This document shows positions 12,951 through 27,700 of a DNA stretch of 64,000 bases, piece by piece. The position numbers and the translations under genes were made by a program. Every line of letters begins with the position of its first letter. The first letter of the stretch is position 1. The stretch covers positions 11,594,001 through 11,658,000 of the forward strand of contig CP075494.1 in the NCBI GenBank assembly GCA_021613535.1, given 5' to 3'. The notes under the pieces were generated by a model. The model did no database searches. It was not told the origin of the DNA and saw only the letters and a program-made list of their open reading frames with translations. The DNA is from Adineta vaga. Its lineage: Eukaryota; Animalia; Rotifera.

Positions 12951-14468
12951 TAAATAGTTAGTTAATACATTATGATTCTCGATCGCTTTTCCTTCTCTCT
13001 TTGTTATGATGTAATTGAGATATAAGAAAGAACAATCCTCAAACTAGTTTTCTTTTCTCTCCTTCATCTTAGACAGTATTAGTATATAAACTAAACAGCA
13101 GTTGTCCATTCTCTTCTCTTCTTTCTTTCTTATGATGATCTCTAGTTAAATCAAGTTATTTCTATTAATAAACATTCTTTCCATATTGATGTAATCATAG
13201 CGTACATCGGCTGTTACATCTATTGTACATACTGTGGCCATTATCATCATCATCATCATCAACAACACATTTTTATGTCTGATGAACTTCTGTCAAAATG
13301 TCATAATAAATCTTTTCTACTTCTCGATCGTTCTATCATTCCTTTGGATTTCAATCGTTTAAACATGATAGAAAACTACTAACTATTGTTCCTGTTTCTT
13401 TTGAAAATCATTAATAGTAAATTTTCATTCATTTCTCGCTTGACTATTTCTTTTCTTCTTCGAGATGAAAAGAATTTTTAACTAAGATTTGTAATGGTCA
13501 AACGAAGTCAAACAGAGAAAATGTGTCCGACTAGATAATTAAGCTTGGATGTATTTACCACTAGAATTGTATATGTCATTTCCGGTTAAGAAAAGAAAAA
13601 AAAATCATGAATAAAATAACAAGAAGTTGATCATATGTCAAGTTAAATCAAGTATAGTTAACAAAGTAAATTCACCAGTCATTATTTCACGCTTGTTGAA
13701 CTTCTAATTATTCATTACAATTGCTATTCTCTTTCGAAGACTGAGAAAACGAAACATCATTTTTCATTTTATACGTATAAAATTTGCCTCAAGCTAATAT
13801 TTAGAAAATGACAATATTATCATAGTTCCTTCGTCAGTCATCGACGAATTCAAATTTAGTTCGATATCAAAGTACATCCAATGGAATTTTAATGACGTCG
13901 ATAAAACAAAATGTCTACCATTTGACTTTTTTCTTTTGAAGCTTAACGATCTATTACAATAAAAAAAAAGAAAGACCTATTTTTTAAATACAATGATAGA
14001 TTAGACAATTAGTTAATACCATTTAAAGGTCTTGAATAACTCAGCTGACTTATGCTTACATAAAATTTCAAGATAAAACATGAAAAATTTCCGTTCTTTC
14101 CAAAAAATTGTTTCATCGAGTAAAGGATTATCGTCGTGCGAAGACTCTCTTTACCAAATGGCAACAAACGATCATTCAAAAGCCGTCACATTCGTCCCTC
14201 ATCTTTAGCAAAAATACGAAAATAAGTAACAAGAAGATTACCATATCGCCTACATGTTTTAGTTAAAAAACAACCGCAAAAATAAATAAATTTGATCTTT
14301 TCTATACTGATAAACCTGACGTATGTCTGTATCAACTGTCGTCTTTTTCTTGCTTGTTATTGCCACGTCTTGAGTATTTGAGAACGTTGTCGGCCTATAA
14401 AACAAAGCTTTAAAAAGGACACGTTATTTAGATTTCGTTTCATTGACAAAAAAGTATCTAACAAAACA

Positions 14469-16727
14469 ATGATATTTGCAAATCGTTCGATCATTTTATA
14501 TCTTTTTGGTGCAGTTATTATTGCTGTGAGTGGTCAGCGTAAGTTATTTGACCTGTGAACGATGCGTGAAATAGAGAAAAAAAACCTTGTATGTTCTAGA
14601 ATCATGTGAAGATTATTCACCAGATCCAGGAAGTTGTACAAAATTTATACGATGTTTTCATAATTTACGTATTAAATTTACTTGTCCAGCTGGTACAGCA
14701 TGGGAAAATTCATTGAAAACATGCGTTTGGAAAGAATATGTTGAATCGTGTAATACACAACGACAAGCTAAACAAATTAATCTCGGTAGTCATATTCTTC
14801 ACATAGATAGATTTTTATTCATTGAATTCTTCTATAAATTTATGTTTGTTTTCAAAGATGAAGATATTGATATCTACGAAGCTGATCCAAATGCTTTGAA
14901 TAATATTACCATTGGTCGAACATTAGTTGAAGCACGAGCACTTGGACGAATCGCCACTCCTAAACAATATCAATGTTCATTGTGTGTCACAGGTGCTTGC
15001 GGTGTTGTAGTAAATACAGTTCAATGTTTCTGTGGTAATCTTCAATGTCCTCCAGCGACAACAGCTAGTATGATATACGAAGTTTTTATTTTTATTTAAT
15101 ACGATATTTATATTTTTATATATAGTTCAACCAAGAAATCCATGTCAACTAAATCCTTGTTTGAATGGTGGTCAATGTGTTTCCAACGGTGCAGGATTTA
15201 TTTGTCATTGTCCAGCCACATTTACTGGTAATCGTTGTGAAGCACCAGGTTTGTAATAAACATAAATCAAGTCGTTATTTATTTGACAAAAATCTATTTC
15301 AGCTGCCACACCATGTCAACCAAATCCCTGTCAAAATGGTGGTACATGTATTCCACAAGGCGTATCATTTATTTGTCAATGTCCTACATCGTTTATTGGT
15401 CGATGTTGTGAAACACGAGTAACAACAACGACACCATTTGATCCATGTGCACAATCACCTTGTCAAAACGGTGGACGATGTATTCCTTCAGGCACTTGTG
15501 TGTTGCTTTTACTTTTAATATTTTATTTAATAAAATCTTAATTGCTTGTTTTGCATAGCATATCTCTGCCAATGTCCAAATGGATATTATGGTACACGAT
15601 GTGAACATCGAAATTATTGTATACCAAATCCATGTTCTAATAACGGATTTTGTCAACAGACAACTACTGGTTATATTTGTCAATGTTCTTATCCATTTAC
15701 TGGTACTAACTGTCAACAAAGTAAGTTAACAAATCCTTGAAAAGAATAGACGATGGAAAAAAATACACTTTCTTCTATTATCAATCTACTATTTTAGTGG
15801 TAACTACAACAACAATAGCAACTACTACTACAACATTTGCAATAGCTACAAGAGCACCATGTCCAAGTTGTGTATGTATCGTTACACCTTGTCCTATGGT
15901 CGTAGTAACCAATCCATGTATGCCCAATCCATGGTAAATACTCTTATTTTTGTGACTTCATCCACTAAATGTTCTTCTATCATTCAATTAGTCAAAATAT
16001 GGGTGGATGTTCAGTTCAAAATAATGCTGCACAATGCTGGTGTTCAAATTATTATGCTGGTTATTATTGTCAAATCCGTACGTTAAAAGATTCACTTCAG
16101 TCTTCTTATATAATGTCTTAAACATTATGTTAGGTCGTAGTGCTCGTTCATTAGCATCGAAATCATGTAATAAAACATGTTTAAATGGTGGTCGATGTTA
16201 TATCGAAGAACAACGTGGTCAAGCTCGATGTTCATGTCCAAATGAATATTATGGTGCAAAATGCGAAAATAGTATGAGTTTACTACTCTGACTAATTTGA
16301 TTATTCATTCCTTCTATTTCTAGTTAATCGACCAAAATCTTGTTCACCAAAAAATCCATGTATGAATAAAGCGAAATGTGTTACAACAAAATCTGGTTCA
16401 CAATGTATTTGTCAAAAGGGTACATCGGGTATTTTATGTGAAAAAAGTAAGTTGTATTTATTCTGACGATCATCATACTCATCTTTATGGATTCTAGTTC
16501 AACGATCAAGTAATGCAAAATATTGTCCACTTAATTGTCAAGCTGGTGGTACATGTGTTTATGTCAAATCAACACCTCAATGTCGTTGTCCCAAAGGACG
16601 AACTGGACGTTTATGTCAAACTCGTATGTCAACCAAACAACTATTTTCGTTTTATTCTTTTATTTTTCATATAGGTTCTGGAAAATCATTATCAATCGAT
16701 GAAAATGAAATGAACATGTTTGAATAA
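14469..16727 (+). CDS. Secreted chitin-binding (CBM14/peritrophin-A) + about 8 EGF-repeat protein
   Basis: Signal peptide MIFANRSIILYLFGAVIIAVSG; CBM14 SCEDYSPDPGSCTKFIRCFHNLRIKFTCPAGTAWENSLKTCVW; repeated CxPNPCxNGGxC...CxCxxxxxGxxCE units; Thr-rich spacer; no TM segment seen. Confidence 0.85.
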
Positions 16728-17560
16728 TTATTTGTATTCTATTTTTGATTGGGGTAATAATTGCGAGATATTTTCAGCTGCCATTAAATTAATAATTTCC
16801 TTGATGTTTTCATCAACATTTTCTTTTCACAATAAAACTGTTTTGAATCATAATCTTTAATTATTCAAGAAAGAAAAGAAGAAATTGTAGATTTCAATCT
16901 TATCATATATTTGTCTCAAGTGACTAATTTACTATTCTCTATACTAATCGACTGTTCTCACACGCAAATAGTTCGATAACATCAAAGTATATATATTCAT
17001 GAAGAATTCTCAAAAGTAAACAAGATATTTTTACTTCCTATTCACGAAGATTTTATCTTGATGATGTTCAAAAGATCGATGATTGTTAGAGATAGTTACA
17101 TCAAATAAGTTTCATGATTAATGATTGAATTGTTTCTGTTCCTAAACGAAGATGAATTATTACTTCTTCTTCTTCTTCTTCTTTCTTTCCTTCTTTCTTT
17201 CTTCTTGTATGTCAATCGTCAATGACATTGCTCGGTTTCGTTTGCTAGGAGAAAAAGACAGACAGAAAGAAGAATGATGATAAGTTGCTATACTAATGTC
17301 TACTTATACTAATGATAATAACAAAAAAGAAGAAAAGAATTTGTTGTGTTGCTGATGATACTGTACAGATGCGTTTATTTATATATATTTCCTGGTCGAT
17401 TCAATCTATCGACGAAACAGAATCCGTTTAGTTTCTATTATCGCTCGACATTGCTAGACAAATAGCAATTGTTATTATTGTTATCGTTTAATGCATAGTT
17501 GATTTCAAGAAAAGTAAAAAAAAACTTCTCGTCTTTCTTCGATCACTTCTTTTCAATTAA

Positions 17561-19243
17561 ATGGATCTTTTGAATGCATTTAATCGTTTACCTACCATCA
17601 GTTATTTTGGTGTTCGACGTGATGATAATTTTGCTGATCGATTAAATTATAAATATACTGTCGCTTTATTGATTTTCTTTTCAATTGTAATTGCTGGAAA
17701 ACAATTTTCTAATGATCAAATTCAATGGTAAGAATTATCATCTTATTTTGAAGTGAAATATTTCATTGATTTTGTTTGTTCAGTTGGGTACCTGCGATAT
17801 TCACTCGGAATTATGAAATCTATGTTTCGAATTATTGTTGGATACATAACGTAAGTTTTAAATGTCTTCTTTTTTCTCACAAATAATGTTTAAAAATATT
17901 CCATTAGACCTATCATATCAATATCAGTGAACCAAATATGCAACGTGCACGTGAAAAACGATATGTCTTACGATATTATCAATTTGTTCCATTTATTCTA
18001 TTAGTACAAGCATTATTCTATATTTTACCACGTTTATTTTGGCGTTCATTTAGTCGTCATTCAGGTATGGATGTACGAAATATCATGGATGCCGCTCAAA
18101 GTTTAAAAAGTGTCAAACGTTTTCATAAACATAAAACAATCATGGCATATCTCGTATCTGTCTTACATCAATATGCTGGTGATCCAAGAAAACGATCGAA
18201 ACAGCAACATAATCGAATTAATACGTATCTTGAAGGATTATTTAATTGTGTATTTGGAAGTTCAAATGTGTTTAGTGCACATCTATTTCTTTTGTATTTA
18301 ATAACGAAATTTTTATTTATTATCAACACATTCGTTCAATTATATGCCATAAGAATTTTACTCGAAGAAAAATGGACTGTTCGTCAAACATGGAAAGGTT
18401 TACAGAACATATTTACAATTGACGTTTTACGAAGTAATCCATTATCGAAATATTTTCCAAAGATTAGTATGTGTGATTTTCGAATTATCGAACCCAACAG
18501 TGATGAAGGACATAAATATACAGTGCAATGTAAGTAGAACACGAGAGATATACTTAAAATCTAGTCAAGATTTTTGTTGATAATTTATCATTAACAGAAC
18601 AGATGTTGAATAATTGCCTAGAGGAAGTTTCTTTTCTTATGTTTATTTTCTCTTGCTAATTTTTTATTATTTGTTCAGTTTATTATTGATTAACATTCTA
18701 CTAACGAGTATGCATTCATCATTTCATTATAACTCTAGCTTATATGAAGAATAGGAAACAATTTGATATCTAAATAAATCGTTTGTTTATTTTCTTCTAG
18801 GTGTCTTAACTATCAATGTATATAACGAACAAATATTTACAGTTTTATATATCTGGATGAATTTAGTACTTGTTATAACAATCTATGATTTTTTATCATG
18901 GTTAATATTTCTATGTCTTCCCAATCTTCGCTATTCATTTTTTACTCAACGTATACAAATTCAACAAAGTATAACAGCAGTACGAACCGGCATGAAAGTA
19001 TTTGTTTATGATTATTTACAACAAGATGGATTTTTTATCTTACGATTAATACATTCAAATGTGGGTGATGATGTTACAGCGAATATTCTAACAAATCTAT
19101 GGAAACATTTTCAACGTGCAGATAAACCTGTACAAACAGATAACAATGCAGGTGGTGGTAGTGCGACTGTTTCATTGACGGCAACAGGAAATCGAGGAGG
19201 ATCAATATTTGATTATACAAAAACTAGTAGTACAAATCTTTGA
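17561..19243 (+). CDS. Innexin (invertebrate gap-junction/hemichannel protein)
   Basis: RDDNFADRLNYKYTV...IQCWVPAIF...NYCW, YYQFVPFILLVQALFYILPRLFWR, FPKISMCDF...HKYTVQCVLTINVYNEQIF, YLQQDGFFILRLI. Confidence 0.93.
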
Positions 19244-19767
19244 TTGTATTTATATTGTTTTCAAAATGTATAGAAATATGATTGAAAGAAAAACAAAAGT
19301 GAATATCTTTGTGATAGATCAATAGGATATTCGATGCGAATGGTAAGTATAAGATTGTCTTGGAATTCGAAGATAATTGGATATCAATAACTGAAAAGGT
19401 TATTATTTTTTGGCTTGATATGATTAAGATAATATGTCTATGAGGAACATTATACGTATGATTGATTTTCATTCTTTCGGTATTCCCAAAAATAATATGG
19501 GGTAATCAATCGGATTGATAGGTTTTAATTAAAGGATAGTTTTTCAAAAAAAGAAGAAGAAGAAGAAGAAAAAAATGTAAACCTAATAAATGATCTAGTG
19601 AAGATGAAACTTGTGCTACAAATGAATCGATAGATTTCAGTTCATAGGTGATGACTGAACAATTTAAAAAGAATTCTTAGAATGAGTAGAATCTGTCGAT
19701 TTATTGATTAATAAATGAAATACATCGATGTTATATAGATAATGTTAAAAATTTCTTAACATCGGAT

Positions 19768-20540
19768 TTATTCAAATTGATGAATCATTGTTGGTGTATT
19801 GATTTTATCTACTGAATACACTGTTTCTCTCGTAATATCCATCATTAATAATTCTCTTGCATAACCACGAATAATAAATTGACGAAATTCATTATAATCT
19901 AATAGACCATTATGATCCCAATCGATTTTATCAATTAAACCACGTATTTGTTCTCGATCTGCTGTTTTACCAATAATATGTATTAAATTTTCCAATTCAC
20001 TTGTTTGAATATATCGATCACGACTTTTCTTAAATGAACGAAAGGCTAACCAAATCGAATAATCATCATGATGATCATCTTCTCCAGCGGTTATAACTGG
20101 AATCAATACATCACAAAATCGATCAAATGTCAATGGTTCGCCATCGGAATCTACATGAGAGAGAAAGAGAGAGAGAGAGTACAAAAGAGCATTATTCAAT
20201 TGATTGAATTATTGAAATGAACAAACCTATGGGAGAAACAATGGATTTCATTTGATCATATTGTTGTTTGGTTAAACATAATTTATATTGATTCAAATCT
20301 TCACGTTCAAACCAATCATAAACAACTAAAAGTATCGAAAGTATTCATTAAATTTTTGAAAATTTTCATTACTATACTTTTAACAAGTTCTCCATTGACT
20401 TTTCTTGTATACTTTCCATATCGTCTAAAATATCCAAGAACATATAAAATACTCATGTATTTCTCATCGCTTGCTTGTTACTTGATAACATTTTCTTCAC
20501 CTGATAAATGAATAAGATTTTTCATTGCGTTAAGCTCCAT
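19768..20540 (-). CDS. Calmodulin-like EF-hand protein, 4 exons
   Basis: LAFRSFKKSRDRYIQTSELENLIHIIGKTADREQIRGLIDKIDWDHNGLLDYNEF contains a canonical EF loop (DWDHNGLLDYNE); the N-lobe is degenerate. Confidence 0.75.
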
Positions 20541-20867
20541 AATCAAATATCGTGTGGTCCTAAGTAGAGTACTTCCAATGTTTGATTGTAAATAGAAACA
20601 AGACAGAAAAGAATCGTTTTTATTACATCATAATTACAAAGAATAGAAAGCATAATATTTGCTCGTCGTTATTAAATTCTCGGATGATTACAGATGGAAT
20701 GTATTGATCGTCATTTTCACCTTCATATGGAAGGTTGAATAGTTTTAGTAAGAGAAAAACTTATTACAATTTGATATTTCATAAAATTGAGACGATCAAT
20801 TTTATGAATATATTTGATTTAGTCAAAGATTTATATTCTCATCACTTCGAGCAAGTGTAGATACTGA

Positions 20868-20901
20868 TGTATGTATGTATGTGTGTGTGTGTGTGTGTGT
20901 G
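20868..20901. repeat. (ATGT)n/(GT)n microsatellite
   Basis: tgtatgtatgtatgtgtgtgtgtgtgtgtgtgtg seen directly. Confidence 0.9.
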
Positions 20902-21110
20902 CAGAAGTGTGAATAACAAATGGCACAAGGTTGTCATTGTCATAATCCACTTGATTAGAAGACGAAATAATTGTATGAATCATTCACATGACCGACTACT
21001 AGATCATCTTAGTATTTTTTCTATATCAGTTAAGAAAATTTTGATTTCTGTAGTTTATTATTTAATGGAATGAATGCATATAAAGTAAAAAGTCAATGAA
21101 AAGAATAGCT

Positions 21111-21805
21111 TTAGACAAGTGTTTCTAGTGTATGAGTTGGTACAACGAGATCATCACTGGATGAACTTGAACTGATGCCCGATTCACTTGATGAACGTAC
21201 AATTTGTTTGATCATAGCTGTTTGTACAGAAATATGTTTTGGAATATTTTCATGAATTACACGTAAAGATGATCTAAAGAAAAACATGAAAATGTTTTGT
21301 TTTCATTGATTAGTAAAGACATCGTTTTCTCTTACCTCTTTGTAGTCGATGATAATTTAAAATAATTTTCTTGTTTTTGTTGAATATTCTTTTGGAAATT
21401 CTCTTTTAATTTTTCTAAACGTTTTTCTATTGGTAGTGAAATGGTTTCAATCATATTACATTCACTCTTTTCAGTTGATACACATCGATCTTTAATATCT
21501 TGTACAATAATTTCATCTGCAAATCGAACACGTTTCTTTGTTTGACGAATTTTGGCTGGTCGAACTTCAAATAACAAACGTCGAGCACATTGCTGTTGAT
21601 TAAATGATGCAACAATTTTATAAATACGTGAAGAATTATTTAATAATTGTCGATGACGACCCATATGAATATAAAGTGAATAATTATTGACATCAGATGT
21701 TGGCATTACCAATGAAATTATATCTTGAACTGTTGTTCGATGATGAAGATCTCGAATCCATTGAATTGTTTTTTCATGACGAACTGGTATTTCACTGATA
21801 AACAT
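21111..21805 (-). CDS. Small N-terminal Ras-association (N-RASSF-like) protein, 2 exons
   Basis: EIPVRHEKTIQWIRDLHHRTTVQDII...YSLY...RQLL resembles the RASSF7-10 RA domain; C-terminus SESGISS...LETLV* resembles RASSF9/10-type tails. Confidence 0.55.
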
Positions 21806-23749
21806 GGCAATTGATGATGAATGAGCTAGAAAATAAAATGCACTCTATTTATATATAAACATCGAAAACTATATTGGTTAGTGACAAATATAACACTTGA
21901 AAGATGGATGGATGGATAGATAGATAGATTCCATTGATACAAATTGTTAAAATGTTTATCGAATTAAGAGGTGAGAAGATGAGAGTGTGATGGTCAAATA
22001 TGATAGAAACGATCAACGACAAGAGTATTTCGAATATTCAATACGATAACAATCAAAAACTTTGAAACATATCCTCTTTCTCTCTTCAATAAAATCTTTA
22101 TTATTCTATGCAATAAAATCCTAAGTGCGAAAGATCAACTACGAAGACTTAAAGTCAAAAAGAATCTTTTCAATAAAACATGCACAATTGTTTTGTAAGA
22201 ATACTTACGTTCCATATGAATTTGATTAAATGATATTGATGATCGTCAACAAGAGCGATATATATATACGAAATCGGTTGAGTGAGCACGCACACACACT
22301 CTCTCTTTCTTTCACTCTCTCTCTCTTTTCGCTTGTCTTAATTGGATTACATTTTCTCTATATCGCACACAATCGAATGATTGCTATAGTTTAATTTTGT
22401 TTTTCTCTCGATGATGATTGGTAAATTGTTATTTCATTTATTCATCATCTCTATTCTTTGAAATTTTACTGCTGGTGCATCGTATTACATTGAGAAAAAA
22501 CTCATTGGAAAAAATCGGCCCAGCTTAAAAAAAACTATCTGTTGGAATCAATTGACGAAAATGAGCAACACATCATCAAAGTGAGAAGGTGTATATTAAA
22601 TTACTTCGAATAAAAAAAAACTAATAAGGCACATGTATAACATCGAAGTGTTGATGCACACCTCAATGATTGAAGATGAAAGGCAGACACATAAATGTCT
22701 ATCCATTAGATCGAATCATTTTTGTCTTTCGAGTTGTTATACTTAGTGAATATTGAAGAGGAGGAGTCAGGATATTAGCATATTTTCAAGTATGATGCAA
22801 ACTGAATATCTAATGAAATGTTTTATTTAGACAGAAAAGCAAATGTGTACGTGACATTTGAGATATTTCATTCTTGTTACAATGAAAGATTTTGAAACAA
22901 TCGCCTTTTATTCTTAGTTTAATGTTAATTGAAACGAACGGAAAGAAACAACAAAATTTACAAGCCGATTTGAAAGTTGATAGATTTTAATTTAGCCGAT
23001 ATGGGAAATCTCACACTTGGTTGATGATTTGTTCAAATCGATAAATCTCTAAATGACATCACTGCTTTTTTTTATTTATTATTATTATTATGGAATGGAA
23101 CGTGCCGAAAAAATCGAAGTAAATGAGGAGGAAACAGAATTTCTTGTTAGAAAATTAATCAAAGTAAAAACTGATTATATCATAGTGAATGTCATTTCAT
23201 GGTAGGAAAGAGTTATGTTTTGATGTCTTTTCTATGTTAATGATATGTTCCTTTGGGATTGAAAAAGGTTCTTCTATTTTTCCATTATTATATTATGTTA
23301 TAAATACAAAACTAACTTTCGTTTTCTATGCGATTGATTCGATATTAGATCAAGATAATTTTAATATGGAGATGATCAATTCAATCGGATGTGAATGTTT
23401 ATTGTTTTTCTTTTTGATAAAAGAAAAAGTTTCCTTCATAGATAATCACATATTGTGACAATAGCTGATTAATTGAAATATTTCTAGATTTGTAAGAAGA
23501 CGAAGAAGAAGAAGAAGATGATGATGATGAAAAAACATCGTCATAGTAGATTATATGTAAATTCTATGAAACTCTATTGAATCGTTATCGTATAAGAACA
23601 GATTAGATGATGATTCTCTGTTCTATTGAATGATTCTTTTGTTTTTCCTGTCGAGAACATTATTCTCGATCACATCAGTTGTTCGTTATTTATCTAGAAT
23701 AGAAAAAGGCGCGTTTTTGTCGATTCTCTTCGTTAAAATTCCAAGTATT

Positions 23750-24397
23750 ATGTGGCAAGAAGGTCATGATGAAAGTGATGAAGACTTGATTGATGATGTA
23801 TCAGATAGATTTGTCCTATGTGCTTTACATCAAGGTGTGACTTTTTTTTCTTCTTTCTTTTTCTACAAAGATTTTTCTTTAGCAAAAATTATACATGAAC
23901 GATGGAAATATTGGTCAGGTTCTGTACCAACGAATGTCAGTGTAAGTTACATCAAAATTTTGATAGTTAATGAATTATTCTGAAGTTTTTCTTGATGAAA
24001 AGATTCGTTTACATCGATTAGAATCACTCTTATCAGTTAGAAGTGATATTAGTCAACGAAGATCAATATCAGAAATGATTCAAATGGATAAACAATCAAT
24101 AAAAGCATCTTCGAATAACGATTCCAACGAAATTCCATTGAACATGTCAGCAATGCCTTTACAACAAACGTCGAAAATCAATACATCACAACCATTTATT
24201 GCTGAAATAAGAAATTATTCATCAACTGATAAATATTTTAATGAGGATGTCGAACCAAAACGGAATATTATCATTCAAGGAGTAAGTAGTTTATCAATAT
24301 CGAATACAAATTCGTCAAATGGACAATTATCTTTTAGCCTAATATTCCACGAACTGTTCTACGAAAACAACGTTTTCATTTCTGGTGTTGCCATTAG
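23750..24397 (+). CDS. Small hypothetical spliced protein ending ...RFHFWCCH*
   Basis: GT-AG-bounded exons give MWQEGHDESDEDLIDDVSDRFVLCALHQ/KIIHERWKYWSGSVPTNV/.../PNIPRTVLRKQRFHFWCCH*. No recognisable family; internal exon joins uncertain. Confidence 0.45.
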
Positions 24398-24785
24398 ATA
24401 TTTTTGTATTTGTTTCTTGCAAATAAACTCAAATTATTCGATTTTATCATCCGTTGTTTCTCATATTTATTAAAATATAAGAGTTCTAAATATGAGATTA
24501 CAAATAGATATGACAGTGTAGAAAAAAAAAGCACGAATGAATTATGTAAAATGCAAAAGAAATACAAAAAGCATATCTAAAATAAGGCGCATATGGATGG
24601 ATTGAATCCATACTGATCAAAAACATAAGTTATGTTTTATCTACATATAAGAAAAAACCAAACAAGCGAAACTTTATCACAGATCAAAACAAGGCAAACA
24701 ATCTATCACATTCGAAGGAATAATCATCGTCATTAGATATCACAGTTAGTTGGACAAGAATTTGACGATCAAATATAAAAATATT

Positions 24786-27700
24786 TCAATTACTCAGATC
24801 ATATAGACGTGCTGATGGTGTACTAGAATGATGAATTTATAACACATTTTTTGTTTTATCATCAATACTCACAATCGACTTTTAGCAGATTGAAATTGTC
24901 GAGTAAGAGTAAATGGTGTCGGTGTCACACGATGACTTTCAATACCAAAGTCTTGAAATGTTCCTGGACGAACACCTAAATAAATTAACATGTAATATTC
25001 TTCATTGCCTTCAACAGATTAATTACCTTTATATAGAGCATGGTCTCTTGATGAAGGTGAAGTTAATACTGGTACACGCGGCATTCTAGAACAAAATATG
25101 GTTTATCTAGGAAGTTATTTTTTTATTTATTTCAACATACGAATAAGTTGAGAGTGAACGAAATGATCGTCGAAAAAGTGATGAAACAACTTTTTCCATT
25201 CGACCTGATCGTTCATTTTGCATATTTGGTCCACTAAACCATTGTGTTGCATTATGTACTGGTACTGGTACTCGATGTATTGTCGCTCGTCGATAGACAC
25301 CAGGTGTATGTTCAAAATCATCCATAAATGATGCAGTATTGAATTGATGTTGTGAATCAAATGATGCCATTTGTATTTGTGATTGATCAGGCATGAAGAT
25401 GAGTGTAGATTCAATGAGAACTGGTGATGAAGATAATGTTTCAGCACTTGCAGAATCTTTTGCTTGTTGTTCTTGTTTCTGTTTGATTATTCGAACGGAC
25501 ATGGGTCGTTCAATTGTAATTCTAAAATCAGATAATCAGTTATGGAAGAAGGAAGAAAGAATGAAAACAATGTACTGTTCAGGTGCAACTATTTTTTGAT
25601 CGATAATAGAAGTCTTTTTGGAATTATTTGGATCTTCATGTTCAATCGCTGATGGTGGTAGTGGTGGTGTCATTTCGCGTGCTGTTTCAACAAATGCTTC
25701 TCTAAATTTTTGGAAAAGAAATGCAATATGATGCGAAAAAATATTGGTGCATTTTACTTTGGTTTATTGATATCTACGAAGAAAGCATAAAAATCAATGA
25801 AAAAATCGAAAATTTTGAGTAATAAACTTACTAATCTCAAACAGTTTTGGTACTGGACGTGATTTGTCAGGTGATTCTACTGTCTATTAAAAAACGAAAT
25901 ATATTTATAACAATAAGAATTTGATATGAGTGAAAATTTACTTTTAATAACAAAGGTCGATGTTGTAAAACATTTCGAGGTGTTTCATCTTTTGCTGACG
26001 TCATATGTAATGTAATTCTATGAAAAGATAAATCTATTATTGTAAAACGAAGATCAATATACATATATACTATACATACTTATCACCATAAGCTAATTTT
26101 GGTTTCCAATATTCATGTGCTGCATCCCATTCGAAATTATTCGTACTAACATAATTCGAATGATCATTAAATGAACCATTAGCAATCATAGAACCATTAA
26201 TAGCAAGTATATGATCGTATTGAACTAATGCTACATCAGCTTCAGGTATTGTTATAATACGACCACATCTTTGTGGAGCAGTTAATATACGATCACCAAT
26301 AGCTAAAATAAAAGTTCACTTAGAGTTTTTTCTTTTGAATATATTCGGAAAAAAATGTGTCGCTGTTGTTTCACTCGAGTCAAATGATGGAACTTTTAAG
26401 AATTTAAAATTCATCGTCGATTTCAAGTGTCTAATGAAGGATTCTTAAACAATCAATTAATGGCTGAGTACACGGAGTCGTTCGAGTTCGAAAAAACATT
26501 TTCTTTTCAGATACGAAATTTATGCTTGCGATTTACAATCATGTTGAGGAACAAATAATTGTGTGTAAACGTCGAATGTCATTCAACGAATATGAAAGAA
26601 TGACTTACCAGGAACACGATGAGTATTTGTTCGTGTTGGCTGTTTGGGTGATAAAAGATTTTGTTCTTGTTGTCGTCTACTCGAATTTTCATTTTCTACT
26701 TTGTTTGTTTCCTAAAATATTAAAATATATCAATATAGAAATCTCATAAGCTTTGTCTACAAATATTACTTACCACTAATGGTGGTTCAACAATTTTCTT
26801 TGTTTTCTTTGTTGATAATGTTCGCATAGCCATCTTTAGAATATTTCCAAGAACAGGACTTAATGTATCTCGTTGTTCTTCTGCTGATTTCTACATGAAT
26901 ATAAAGAATATAAAGAAAAACATGAGAACAACTCTAAATCATTTTACTTCATCATCTTGTAATTTTTCTAGAATATCTTGCATACTACCGTAAGCTGGTG
27001 ATCGATCCAGTGCTTGTTGTAAAATAGCATTGATATCTATGTAAAAATATTGTTACACTCTTTATCTATATACATCTTAACTTCGAAATTATACTTGAGT
27101 TTTGTATAAGTGTATAGAATGTTGAACACATGATTAATACTTGCATGACTTCAAGACACAGCATAGATTTTGCTTCCGAAAGTCTACATATTAGAGATCA
27201 ATGTTTCTGTAGTAAATAGGTTTTTATATGTATCTTACACGCTTCCATTTGGATATGGTTGATGAGTATTCGAAGCGGAGAATTGGCGTATTTGATTAGT
27301 AAGAATAGTTGAAAGACTACTGAATAATTTTTCATGAAATCCAGATGACTAGAAGAAAAAATAAACGTTTCTTTTGACAAGAAAACAAATTTTATTGTTT
27401 GATTTGATATCTACATGATTTTCGTCTCGATCTAATCGTGTACATCCATAAATGAGAGATGCAATCATACATTGTATTTCTTTATTGAATGAGAATATAC
27501 AATCAAGATTTAAGTCTCTAGAAATCAAAGAAAAAAGAATCAGTTAATCAAACATTATGTTGTAATACAAACCCAATTGTTTTCGTATGTGTCACTTCTA
27601 AAACATTATTTAACAATTCATCAGGAATTTGAAATAACATATGAGTCTAACGAAAATCAGAATAGAAAGTAATGTTGTAACGTGAATCAATAAGTCAACT

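Noticed and set aside
23189-23458. 89-aa hydrophobic ORF
   Set aside because: Composition is typical of a chance ORF in AT-rich DNA; no motifs.
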